The notes: a model not told the origin generated them from the sequence alone. A DNA stretch of 64,000 bases from an uncultured Chloroflexia bacterium (GCA_963776355.1 CAVZLU010000008.1:962225-1026224); one strand, 5' to 3'; positions 28,151 through 36,601 are shown, counted from the first letter of the stretch. Numbers and translations: made by a program.

Positions 28151-29220
28151 GCGGGTGGGGCCTCCATCACCCGCCGCGACGCGGCCCGGACCCAGCCACG
28201 CTCGACGAGCACCTCGGCGAGCTCGATCGCGTTCGAGGCCGCCCCCTTGCGGATATTGTCGGACACCACCCAGAAGGCGAGGCCGCGGCCTCCGGGGATG
28301 GAGGGATCGCTGCGCACGCGGCCGACGAAGATCTCGTCGCTGCCGGCCGCCGCCGTGGCCAGCGGGTAGAGGTGGACGGACGGGTCGTCCCGAACCTCCA
28401 CGCCGGGCACCGCGGCGAACAGCGCGCGGGCCCTGTCGGCCGTGATCGGCTCGCGCGTCTCCACGTGGACCGCCTCGGAGTGGCTCATGAAGACGGGGAT
28501 GCGGACGGCCGTGCAGGAGACGCGCAGCTCCGGGAGGTGGAGGATCTTGCGCGACTCCGTGACGACCTTCCACTCCTCCTTCGTGTAGCCGTTCTCCAGG
28601 AAGACGTCGATCTCCGGGAGGGCGTTGAAGGCGATCGGGTGGGGGTAGACGCGGGGCTCCTTGGGAACACCCGCGACGTGGGCCCGGATCTGCGCCTCGA
28701 GCTCGGCGATCGCCCGCCGGCCGGTCCCCGACACGGCCTGGTAGGTGTCGACGACGATGCGCTCGAGGCCCACGGCGTCGCGAATGGCCATGAGCGGCGG
28801 CACGAGCTGCATCGTGCTGCAGTTGGGGTTGGCGATGATTCCCTGGTGCGCCTCGAGGTCGGCGGGATTGACCTGGCTGACAACGAGGGGGATGTCCGGC
28901 TCCATGCGCCAGGCGCTCGAGTTGTCGATCACCGTGCACCCGCGGGCTGCCGCGTGGGGCGCGAGCTCGCGGGAGACGCTGGCACCGGCCGAGAAGAGGG
29001 CGATGTCGACGCCCTCGAACGCCTGGGGGGTGGCTTCGTGCACCTCGACCTGGCGCCCGTCGAAGGGGAGGGTCATCCCCGCCGATCGAGCCGAGGCCAG
29101 CAGGTGGATCTCCCCGATCGGGAAGTCCCGCTCGAGGAGGACAGTGGCCATCATGCGGCCGACGACGCCGGTGGCACCGACGACGGCAACGGAAAGGGGG
29201 CGGGAATGGTGTCCGGACAT
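28147..29220 (-). CDS. asd: Aspartate-semialdehyde dehydrogenase
   Basis: VAVVGATGVVG...IIANPNCSTMQLV...YQAVSGTG. The start is ATG 29220. Confidence 0.95.
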   Translation of the reverse strand: MSGHHSRPLSVAVVGATGVVGRMMATVLLERDFPIGEIHLLASARSAGMTLPFDGRQVEVHEATPQAFEGVDIALFSAGASVSRELAPHAAARGCTVIDNSSAWRMEPDIPLVVSQVNPADLEAHQGIIANPNCSTMQLVPPLMAIRDAVGLERIVVDTYQAVSGTGRRAIAELEAQIRAHVAGVPKEPRVYPHPIAFNALPEIDVFLENGYTKEEWKVVTESRKILHLPELRVSCTAVRIPVFMSHSEAVHVETREPITADRARALFAAVPGVEVRDDPSVHLYPLATAAAGSDEIFVGRVRSDPSIPGGRGLAFWVVSDNIRKGAASNAIELAEVLVERGWVRAASRRVMEAPPA

Positions 29221-29263
29221 GGCTCCGCTTTCAGGGCGCGAGAAGACCGACGGGCACCGCCCG

Positions 29264-29269
29264 AGTATA
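29264..29269 (-). promoter_or_regulatory. -10-like TATACT (ctgcTATACTcgggcgg) upstream of asd
   Basis: It lies 44 nt upstream of the asd ATG and has a TGn extended -10. It is a member of the recurrent motif family. Confidence 0.4.
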
Positions 29270-29272
29270 GCA

Positions 29273-29298
29273 GCGCCCCCGGGAGTTCCCGGGGGCGC
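29273..29298 (-). terminator. GC hairpin after pnp (GCGCCCCCGGGA..TCCCGGGGGCGC)
   Basis: 12-nt perfect inverted arms with a 2-nt centre. It starts 47 nt after the pnp stop and sits immediately upstream of the asd -10-like box. Confidence 0.5.
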
Positions 29299-29344
29299 CG
29301 TCCTGCCGATGGCCGGGGCCGGGTCGCCGCCCAGCCCCTCAGCC

Positions 29345-31924
29345 CTATCCCCGGGCGAGGTGCCGCTGCATCGCGGCCTTGCGGGAGAGGTTGACGCGAC
29401 CCTGGCGATCGACCTCGGTGACGACGACCATGACCTCGTCGCCGACGGAGACGACGTCCTCGACGGAGGGTACGTGGTAGTCGGCAAGCTCGCCGATCCG
29501 GACGAGGCCTTCCTTGCCCGGGAGGATCTCGACGAAGGCGCCGAAGGTCATGAGACGGGTGACGGTGCCGAGATAGAGGGCGCCGATCTCGACCTCGCGG
29601 GTGAGGCTCTCGATCCACAGGATCGCCTTGCGGGCGTTCTCGCCCTGGACGGCGGCGATCTCGACGGTGCCGTCGTCCTCGACGTTGATCTCGGTGCCGG
29701 TCTCCTCCTGGATCTTGCGGATCATCGAGCCGCCCTTGCCGATGATGTCGCGGATCTTCTCCGGGTTGATCTTGATCTTCGTGATCCGGGGCGCGAAGTC
29801 GCTCATCGTCTCGCGGGCGGACGGCAGGACCTCGGTCATCTTGTCGAGGATCGTGATGCGGGCGGCATAGGCCTTCGCCAGCCCCTCGCGGATGATGGCC
29901 TCGTTGATGCCCTTGACCTTGATGTCCATCTGGAGGGCGGTGATCCCCTCGCGGGTCCCGGTGACCTTGAAGTCCATGTCGCCGAAGGCATCCTCCTTGC
30001 CGAGGATGTCGGTGAGGACCGTGAAGGTCCCGTCGGGCTCCGACATGAGGCCCATCGCGGCGCCCGCGACCGGGGCCAGGATCGGCACGCCGGCATCCAT
30101 GAGGGCGAGCGTGGAGCCGCAGGTCGAGGCCATCGACGTCGAGCCGTTGGAGGTCACGCACTCCGACACGAGCCGGATGACGTAGGGGAAGTCGTCCTTC
30201 GACGGGAGCACGGGGATGAGGGCCCGCTCGGCGAGATGGCCGTGGCCGATCTCGCGCCGGCCGGGTCCGCGCATCATCTTGTTCTCGCCCGTGCTGTACG
30301 GCGGCATGTTGTAGTGATGGAGGTAGCGCTTCTCGAGCTCCGGGCTGATCGTGTCGATGCGCTGCACGTCCGACGACGGGCCGAGCGTGGCCACGGTCAG
30401 GGCCTGGGTCTCGCCGCGGGTGAAGAGGCCCGAGCCGTGGGCGCGCGGCACGAGGCCGACCTCCACGGTGATCGGCCGGATCTCGTCGACCCGGCGGCCG
30501 TCCATCCGGATCCCCTCGGAGAGGGTGAGCTTGCGGGCGGTCTTCTTGTGGACGAGACCGAAGAGCGCCTTGCTGACGCGGGCCGCCCGGCGGGCCCCAT
30601 CCAGCTTCGCCTTCGCCTCGTCCTTCGACGAGCGCTGGGCGCGGATCGAGTCGGCGATGCCCTCCGCGAGGGTGTCGAGGCGAGCCGGCAGGTCAGCGGC
30701 GATGGCGACGAGCAGCTGGGCCGTGGCCTCGGCGTCCGGCAGGGCTCGGTGGGCCTGCCCGAGCTCGATGCCGAAGAAGCGGGACAGCTCGCCGAGGGTG
30801 TAGCTGGGGAGGTCCGGATACCCGTCCCGGGCGAGGGTGAGGGTGTCGAGATAGCGGCCCTTCTCGATCCGCGTCCCGTCGCCGAGGGCGGCCTCGAGGA
30901 AGGCGATGTCGAAGCCCACGGAGTGGCCGACGATCGTGGCCTCGCCGACGAAGTCGAGCGCGCTGCGGGCCGCGGCGGCCGGGCTCGGGGCGCCCTTGAC
31001 CTCCTTGTCGGTGATGCCGTGCATCTGGTTGCCGAAGATGGGCCGCCCGGGATTGACGAACGTCGACCAGCGATCGGTGACCTTGCCCTTCCGGACCCTC
31101 ACCGCCGCGATCTCGACGAGGTCGGCCATCTCGGGGTTCGTCCCCGTGGTCTCGACATCCACGATCACGAACTCGGCCCCGGCCCGGGCGCGAGCCGCGA
31201 AGTCGAGGACCGATTCGGTACCCGGGTCCAGGAACGGCAGGCGCTTGGCCTTGCCGACGGCGTCCTGGAGCTCGAGCTGGAGCAGGATGAGCGGCTCGAG
31301 GGCGCGGTGGGCGAACAGGATCGCCTCGGCCATCACGTCCTCGGGCAGGATCTTCGCCCCGGCCTCGACCATCATGATGGCGTCGCGGGTGCCGGACACG
31401 ATGAGGTCGAGCTCGCTCTCCTCGAGCTGCGGGATCGTGGGATTGATGACGAACTCGCCGTCGATCCGCCCCAGCCGCACGGCCGCGATCGGTCCCTGGA
31501 ACGGGATCTCGCTGATGGTGAGGGCCGCCGAGGCCGCGATCGTGCCCAGGACGTCGGGGTTGTTCTCCTGGTCGGTGGAGAGGACCGTGATGACGCACTG
31601 GACGTCGTCCTTGTACCCCTCGGGAAAGAGCGGGCGGATCGGGCGGTCCGTCAGGCGCGCGGCGAGGATGGCCGCCTCCGACGGGCGCGACTCGCGCTTG
31701 ATGAAGCCGCCCGGGATCTTGCCGGCGGCGTACATCCGCTCCTCGAAGTCGATCGTGAGGGGAAAGAAGTCGAGGCCGGGCCGCGGCTCGGACCGGTTCG
31801 CGGTGCCCAGCACGACCGTGTCGCCGTAGCGCACGGTCACCGAGCCACCCGCCAGGCGGGCGAGCCTGCCGGTCTCGATGGTCAGCGTGCGACCACCGAA
31901 CTCGACGGAGAGAGAATGAGACAC
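29345..31924 (-). CDS. pnp: Polynucleotide phosphorylase with an inserted DEDDh (DnaQ/RNase T-like) exonuclease domain
   Basis: One uninterrupted 859-aa ORF with a GTG start and RBS AAGGAG. It contains PH1 (FFPLTIDFEERMYAAGKIPGGF), an exonuclease insert at aa ~250-412, PH2 (RMDGRRVDEIRPI...SNGSTSMASTCG), KH (GKGGSMIRKIQE) and S1 (GTVTRLMTFGAFVEILPGKEGLV). Confidence 0.9.
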   Translation of the reverse strand: MSHSLSVEFGGRTLTIETGRLARLAGGSVTVRYGDTVVLGTANRSEPRPGLDFFPLTIDFEERMYAAGKIPGGFIKRESRPSEAAILAARLTDRPIRPLFPEGYKDDVQCVITVLSTDQENNPDVLGTIAASAALTISEIPFQGPIAAVRLGRIDGEFVINPTIPQLEESELDLIVSGTRDAIMMVEAGAKILPEDVMAEAILFAHRALEPLILLQLELQDAVGKAKRLPFLDPGTESVLDFAARARAGAEFVIVDVETTGTNPEMADLVEIAAVRVRKGKVTDRWSTFVNPGRPIFGNQMHGITDKEVKGAPSPAAAARSALDFVGEATIVGHSVGFDIAFLEAALGDGTRIEKGRYLDTLTLARDGYPDLPSYTLGELSRFFGIELGQAHRALPDAEATAQLLVAIAADLPARLDTLAEGIADSIRAQRSSKDEAKAKLDGARRAARVSKALFGLVHKKTARKLTLSEGIRMDGRRVDEIRPITVEVGLVPRAHGSGLFTRGETQALTVATLGPSSDVQRIDTISPELEKRYLHHYNMPPYSTGENKMMRGPGRREIGHGHLAERALIPVLPSKDDFPYVIRLVSECVTSNGSTSMASTCGSTLALMDAGVPILAPVAGAAMGLMSEPDGTFTVLTDILGKEDAFGDMDFKVTGTREGITALQMDIKVKGINEAIIREGLAKAYAARITILDKMTEVLPSARETMSDFAPRITKIKINPEKIRDIIGKGGSMIRKIQEETGTEINVEDDGTVEIAAVQGENARKAILWIESLTREVEIGALYLGTVTRLMTFGAFVEILPGKEGLVRIGELADYHVPSVEDVVSVGDEVMVVVTEVDRQGRVNLSRKAAMQRHLARG

Positions 31925-31997
31925 GAGCTACTCCTTGCCCGTGCCGGCGCGGGACCGAGGGCCGAGCGCGGGTGACGCCCGGGCCGAGATGCGCGAA

Positions 31998-32021
31998 GAC
32001 CCGGGGCGCCTGCCCCGGGTC
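31998..32021 (-). promoter_or_regulatory. 10-bp GC hairpin in the rpsO-pnp intergenic leader
   Basis: Minus strand GACCCGGGGC-aggc-GCCCCGGGTC, starting 14 nt after the rpsO stop and ending about 73 nt before the pnp GTG. Confidence 0.5.
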
Positions 32022-32034
32022 CCCGATGCGGGTG

Positions 32035-32304
32035 CTAGCGCCGCAGGCCCAGGCGGGCGATGACGGCCCGATACCTGGGGGCGTCCTTCTTCACGAGGTA
32101 CGCGAGAAGGCGCCGGCGCTGGCCGACCAGCTTGAGGAGGCCGCGGCGGGAGTGGTTGTCCTTGGGGAACTGCTTCAGGTGCCCCGTGAGGTCCTTGATC
32201 CGTTCCGTGAGGAGCGCGATCTGGACTTCCGGGGAGCCGGTGTCACCGGGCTTGACGCCGTACTCGGCGACGATCCGGTCCTTGGTTTCCCGCACGAGCG
32301 GCAC
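32035..32304 (-). CDS. rpsO: 30S ribosomal protein S15
   Basis: ...[50 protein letters not shown]...GLRR. GTG 32304 (GGAGGA-n4) gives the canonical 89 aa. The track start is 32319. Confidence 0.95.
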   Translation of the reverse strand: MPLVRETKDRIVAEYGVKPGDTGSPEVQIALLTERIKDLTGHLKQFPKDNHSRRGLLKLVGQRRRLLAYLVKKDAPRYRAVIARLGLRR

Positions 32305-32353
32305 TCGGTCCTCCGACACGATTGACTTGTACTACCGTTTCTTCAACCCGCGG

Positions 32354-32359
32354 AGAGTA
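32354..32359 (-). promoter_or_regulatory. -10-like TACTCT (cctgcTACTCTccgcgg) upstream of rpsO
   Basis: It lies 50 nt upstream of the start and has the same flanks (TGc ... CCGC) as the rpsB, rplS and rpmF boxes. Confidence 0.35.
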
Positions 32360-32497
32360 GCAGGGCCGCTGCGCGCGCGCAAACGCACGGCCACGCGGTC
32401 GGTCGCCCTCGCCCGATCGCCTGGCCGGCGGACCAGCCGCTCGCCGGCGTGGGCCGCCGCCACCTCCCGGCCCCGGCCGCGCCGCTAGCATGGGCCG

Positions 32498-33256
32498 ATG
32501 ACGACCGACGAGCCGCCTCCCCCACCGCGCGTGCTGGCCGTCATCCCGGCCCACGACGAGGGGCCGCGGATCGCGGCCGTGGTCGCGGGGGCGGCGGTCC
32601 ACCTGCCCGTGCTCGTGGTGGACGACGGGTCGGCGGACGCGACGGCCGCCGTCGCCCGCGGGGCGGGCGCTGACGTCCTCGAGCAGCGCCCGAACGCGGG
32701 CAAGGGCGCCGCCCTGCGGGTTGGGTTCCGGTGGGCCCTGGATCGTGGCTACGAGGGGGCGCTCACGCTCGACGGCGACGGCCAGCATGACCCCGCCGAG
32801 ATCCCCGCGTTCCTGGCGGCCTTCGCCGGCGGCACGCCGGGCGACCCCGGCCGGCCCGTCGCCCCCGCCGCCGGCCGCCGTCCCGACCTGGTCGTCGGGC
32901 GGCGCGACTTCGCCCGCATGCCGGCGGCCCGCCGGCTCGCGAACACGCTCGGGGGCCAGGCGTTCTCCTGGGCCGTGGGGTCGTCCGTGCCCGACAACCA
33001 GTCGGGCTACCGACTGGTCGGTCGGCGCCTCATGGAGACGGCCCTCGGCAGTGACGAGCCGGGGTTCGAGTTCGAGGTCGAGATGCTCGCGACCTGCATT
33101 GCCCGTGGCTGGCCGGTCGCGTGGGTCCCGATCCGCACGATCTACGCCGGCGAACCCAGCCACATCCGGCCCGCGGCCCATGTGCGCCACTTCCTGCGGG
33201 CCGTGGCCGCGGCCCGGCGGACCGTCCGGGCGACCAAGGTCGACCGGGCTCCCTGA
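32498..33256 (+). CDS. Family 2 glycosyltransferase (polyprenol-phosphate sugar transferase-like)
   Basis: VLAVIPAHDEGPRI...LVVDDGSADAT...NAGKGAALRVG...TLDGDGQHDP. It is the only plus-strand gene between 17 kb and 64 kb. Confidence 0.85.
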   Translation: MTTDEPPPPPRVLAVIPAHDEGPRIAAVVAGAAVHLPVLVVDDGSADATAAVARGAGADVLEQRPNAGKGAALRVGFRWALDRGYEGALTLDGDGQHDPAEIPAFLAAFAGGTPGDPGRPVAPAAGRRPDLVVGRRDFARMPAARRLANTLGGQAFSWAVGSSVPDNQSGYRLVGRRLMETALGSDEPGFEFEVEMLATCIARGWPVAWVPIRTIYAGEPSHIRPAAHVRHFLRAVAAARRTVRATKVDRAP

Positions 33257-33259
33257 TCC

Positions 33260-34069
33260 TCAGCCCTGGAACGCCACCCGCAGCCGATCGTGGCGGAGGC
33301 CGGCGGGCCGGGCGCGGACGGCCACCGTGCCGGAGCCGTCGACGATCGCGACCGCCCGTCGCGCCGGGCCGCGGCGCACGCTCGGCCCCCACGCGGCCGA
33401 CGTGCTGGCGGTGTAGGTGCCCGCCGGGGGCAGGGCGACCGGAAGCGGGAATCCCAGGAGCACCTCGCGACCCGCCCCGGCGCGCTCGATCACGGTGCCC
33501 GTGACCGCCACCGGGCGACCCAGCAGCGCACGCGCGCCGGCCAGGTCGCCGGCCGCGATCGCCGTCCGGATCTCCGTGCTGCGGACCGGCCGGCCGTCCA
33601 TGTCGAAGGGGGGCACGACGACCACCTCGTACCCCAGCTCGGCGCCGAGCCGGGCCAGCGTCTCGGGCGTGCCGCGGCGCTCGTGGCCGAACGCGGCGTC
33701 GGGCGTCATGAGGAATCCGGCCAGCCGGGTCCGCGCCCGGAGACGCGCCACGAACGCGTCGTAGGGCGTTCGCCGGAGGGCCTCGTCGAAGTGCTCGACG
33801 ATCGTCACCTCCACCCCGTCGCGTTCGAGCCGCGCCAGGCGCTCATCGGGGTCGCACAGCAGCGGCGGAGCCGCACCGGCGAGGATCTGGTCGGGGTGGT
33901 GGTCGAAGGTCAGGACCGTCGGACGAGCGCCCAGCCGGCGCGCGGCGCGCCGCAGCTCGCGCAGGAGGTAGAGGTGCCCGCGATGGAGGCCGTCGAACAC
34001 GCCCACCGCGACCAGGATCGGCCCGTCCGACGGTCGCAGCGACTCGATGCCGGGCAGCGCGTCACGCAT
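33260..34069 (-). CDS. ribF: FAD synthetase (RibF) with a short, divergent riboflavin-kinase-like C-terminus
   Basis: VAVGVFDGLHRGHLYLL...VLTFDHHP (FMN adenylyltransferase module). In the C-terminal ~85 aa, LLGFPLPV stands where GFPTAN is expected. Confidence 0.75.
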   Translation of the reverse strand: MRDALPGIESLRPSDGPILVAVGVFDGLHRGHLYLLRELRRAARRLGARPTVLTFDHHPDQILAGAAPPLLCDPDERLARLERDGVEVTIVEHFDEALRRTPYDAFVARLRARTRLAGFLMTPDAAFGHERRGTPETLARLGAELGYEVVVVPPFDMDGRPVRSTEIRTAIAAGDLAGARALLGRPVAVTGTVIERAGAGREVLLGFPLPVALPPAGTYTASTSAAWGPSVRRGPARRAVAIVDGSGTVAVRARPAGLRHDRLRVAFQG

Positions 34070-35015
34070 CCGCGGCCTCGCGATCGAGGAGCACCTTGTC
34101 GGTCACGAGTCGTCCGCCCGGGGCGACCCGCGCGATCGCGGCCAGCCCGCCTCCGGGCGTCCGCAGGCGAACCGCGGTCCCCACCGCGGTCCCGGACCCC
34201 GCCGGGCCGAGGCGATCAACGTGCCCGATCCACCCGCCGTGGGCCACGGCGCGCAGCTCCGCCGGCGCGAGGTCGACGGCCGGCAGGTCGTCGAGGCCGG
34301 CCTCCACGGGAAGCAGCAGGTCGCCCAGGCGCTCCCCGGCCGCCGCCGCCCGCAGCTCGTCGAGCGGATGGGCGTCGGCGAGGCTGAACGGACCCGAGGC
34401 TGTCCGCCGCAGCGCCCCCAGGTAGGCGGCGCTGCCGACGGCGAGGCCGAGGTCGCGGGCCAGGGCCCGCACGTAGGTGCCGGCCGAGCAGGACACGTCC
34501 ACGACCGCGGTCGGATGCTCCGCGTCGGCATCATCCCAGGCGGCAATGGCGAGCGCGTGGAACGTGACCGCCCGCGGCTTGAGCTCGGGCATCTCGCCGC
34601 GGCGGGCGAGGGCGTAGGCACGCCGGCCACCGACCTTGCGGGCCGAGAAGGCCGGCGGCCGCTGCTCCTGCGAGCCGACGAAGCCCGCCAGGGCAGCCTC
34701 GACCGCCGCCCGGGTGGGCGCCGCGGCGGCCGCGGGCGTCAGCTCGCCCTCGAGGTCGTCCGTCGTCGACCCGGCCCCGAAGACGACGGTCGCGCGATAC
34801 GCCTTGCGGGCGCCGAGGTGGAACTCGACCACCCGCGTCCCGAGGCCGAGATAGAGCGGCAGGACGCCGGAGGCGAAGGGGTCGAGGGTGCCGCCGTGCC
34901 CGATCCTGCGGGTCCCGGCGAGACGACGGACGAGGGCGACGACGTCGTGCGATGTCGGGCCGATCGGCTTGTCGACCACGAGGATGCCGTCGACCCGGGC
35001 TCGCTCCGCGCTCAC
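34062..35015 (-). CDS. truB: tRNA pseudouridine(55) synthase TruB
   Basis: GILVVDKPIGPTSHDVV...IGHGGTLDPFASGVLPL. GTG start in a GTGA overlap with nrnA, and an 8-nt overlap with ribF. Confidence 0.9.
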   Translation of the reverse strand: MSAERARVDGILVVDKPIGPTSHDVVALVRRLAGTRRIGHGGTLDPFASGVLPLYLGLGTRVVEFHLGARKAYRATVVFGAGSTTDDLEGELTPAAAAAPTRAAVEAALAGFVGSQEQRPPAFSARKVGGRRAYALARRGEMPELKPRAVTFHALAIAAWDDADAEHPTAVVDVSCSAGTYVRALARDLGLAVGSAAYLGALRRTASGPFSLADAHPLDELRAAAAGERLGDLLLPVEAGLDDLPAVDLAPAELRAVAHGGWIGHVDRLGPAGSGTAVGTAVRLRTPGGGLAAIARVAPGGRLVTDKVLLDREAADA

Positions 35016-36037
35016 CGGGCCACGGCCCGGGCCATGCGCTCGGCCACGGGGAGGACCGCCGCCTTTGCCTCGGCGAGCGACAGTGGCAGCGAGGCACCCG
35101 CCGCGCGCGCATGGCCGCCGCCGCCCCACGTGCCGCACAGGAGGGTGGCGTCCACGCCGCCCGGCTTCGTGCGGACGGACAGGCGCGTCTCGGCCCCCTT
35201 CTCCTTCAGGATGAGCGCGACCTCGGCCGTCTCGGCCTGGGAGAGCAGGTCGATGATCCCCTCGGAGTGCTCGGAGAGGGCGCCCGTGGCCGCGAGGTCG
35301 GCGAGCTCGATCGTGGACGCCACGACGAGCCCGTCGGCGAGGCGCTCGAGACGCGCGAGGACCCGCCCGAAGAGGGCGAGCTGGGCGTCGGGCTTGGTGC
35401 GGTAGAGCCGCCGGCTGATGTCCGAGAGGGGCGCGCCGGCTTCGACGAGCGCGGCCGCGACCCGCAGCGTCCGCGGCGTGGCGTTGGGATGGGCGAAGGT
35501 GGCGGTGTCCATCACGATCCCCGCCATCAGGGCGGTCGCGAGCCCCCCGGCCCGGGCCGCCAGGGGGATCCCGAGGCGCTCCGCGAGCAGGGCGACCATC
35601 TCGCAGGTGGCCGCGGCGGCCGGGTCGATCCAGGCCAGGTCGCCCGCCCCGCGGGTGCTGGCGTGGTGGTCGATCGTGAGGAGCGGGACGCGCGCGAACA
35701 GGTCCGCGTTCCGTTCGGGAATCGCGCCGGCGCGGGCGAGGTCGCCGCAGTCGCACAGCACGACGAGGTCGTAGGCAACGCCCGGCTCCGGATCCGTGCG
35801 CACGGCGTCGATTCCGGGGAGGAACGCGTAGATGGCGGGCACCGGATCGCTGGCGGCCACCGTGGCCCGTCCGCCGCCGGCCTCGACGAGCATCGCGATC
35901 GCGAGCGCGGCCCCGAGCGCGTCGGCATCCGGATTCTCGTGGCCGATGGCGAGGACCGCCCTCGCCGTTCGCAACCGCTCGACGACGGCCTCGGGGACGG
36001 CAGCCGCGAGCGCGGCGAGGCCGGACCCGGCCGTCAC
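35012..36037 (-). CDS. nrnA: DHH/DHHA1 phosphoesterase (NrnA-like nanoRNase/pAp phosphatase)
   Basis: IGHENPDADALGAALA..., DHH (TIDHHAS), GGGHARAAG. Confidence 0.85.
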   Translation of the reverse strand: MTAGSGLAALAAAVPEAVVERLRTARAVLAIGHENPDADALGAALAIAMLVEAGGGRATVAASDPVPAIYAFLPGIDAVRTDPEPGVAYDLVVLCDCGDLARAGAIPERNADLFARVPLLTIDHHASTRGAGDLAWIDPAAAATCEMVALLAERLGIPLAARAGGLATALMAGIVMDTATFAHPNATPRTLRVAAALVEAGAPLSDISRRLYRTKPDAQLALFGRVLARLERLADGLVVASTIELADLAATGALSEHSEGIIDLLSQAETAEVALILKEKGAETRLSVRTKPGGVDATLLCGTWGGGGHARAAGASLPLSLAEAKAAVLPVAERMARAVAR

Positions 36038-36591
36038 CGCTCCCCCCGCCGTGAACCCGGGCGCATTCCGTGGGATCGCGGGCGGCTCGCCCGGCGAGGC
36101 CGCGGGGAGGCGTCCGCCCCGGTCGCCTCCGCGGGGGCGTCCGGATCGGCGGTGGGCTCCGCGGCGTCGCCCTCCCGTCCGAGTCGCGGTACCGGCGTCG
36201 GCAGGGATTCGCCACGCGGCGCGTCCGCGAGGGCCTCTCCCTCGGCGTCCCGGCCCTGCTCGAGCTCCTCGAGGATCCGCATGACCCGGGTGCCACGTTC
36301 GGCGGAGTCGTCGAGGGCAACGTGCAGGGCCGGAATGCGCCGCAGCCGGAGGCGGACGCCGAGCTCGTGGCGCACGTAGCCCATCGCCCGCTCGAGCGCC
36401 GCCAGGGTCGCCGCCCGCTCCCGGGCCCCGCCGATGACGCTCACCCAGACCCGCGCGTGGCGCAGGTCCGGCGTCGTCTCGACGTCGGTCACGGTCGCGA
36501 ACCCGATGTGCGGATCCTGGACCTCCTTGGCCAGGATCCGCCCGATCTCCTGCCGCAGGAGCTCGTCGACGCGGTCGATCCGCTGGCTCAT
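36034..36591 (-). CDS. rbfA: Ribosome-binding factor A with a long disordered C-terminal tail
   Basis: RIDRVDELLRQEIGRIL...DPHIGFATVTDVETTPDLRHARVWVSV. Confidence 0.9.
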   Translation of the reverse strand: MSQRIDRVDELLRQEIGRILAKEVQDPHIGFATVTDVETTPDLRHARVWVSVIGGARERAATLAALERAMGYVRHELGVRLRLRRIPALHVALDDSAERGTRVMRILEELEQGRDAEGEALADAPRGESLPTPVPRLGREGDAAEPTADPDAPAEATGADASPRPRRASRPRSHGMRPGSRRGER

Positions 36592-36601
36592 CGCCGGCCG
36601 A

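Noticed and set aside
30689-31177. The PNPase insert as an intein, an IS remnant or a mis-joined separate gene.
   Set aside because: It has no intein splice-junction residues or endonuclease motifs, no repeats or transposase, no internal start/SD or stop, and its codon usage matches the host gene. It is therefore treated as a true domain insertion.
33260-33530. A hidden frameshift as the explanation for the odd RibF C-terminus.
   Set aside because: I translated the other two minus frames across the region. They give Arg-rich nonsense, while the annotated frame keeps weak RFK-like spacing (GxV..G, GFP, P..G.Y).
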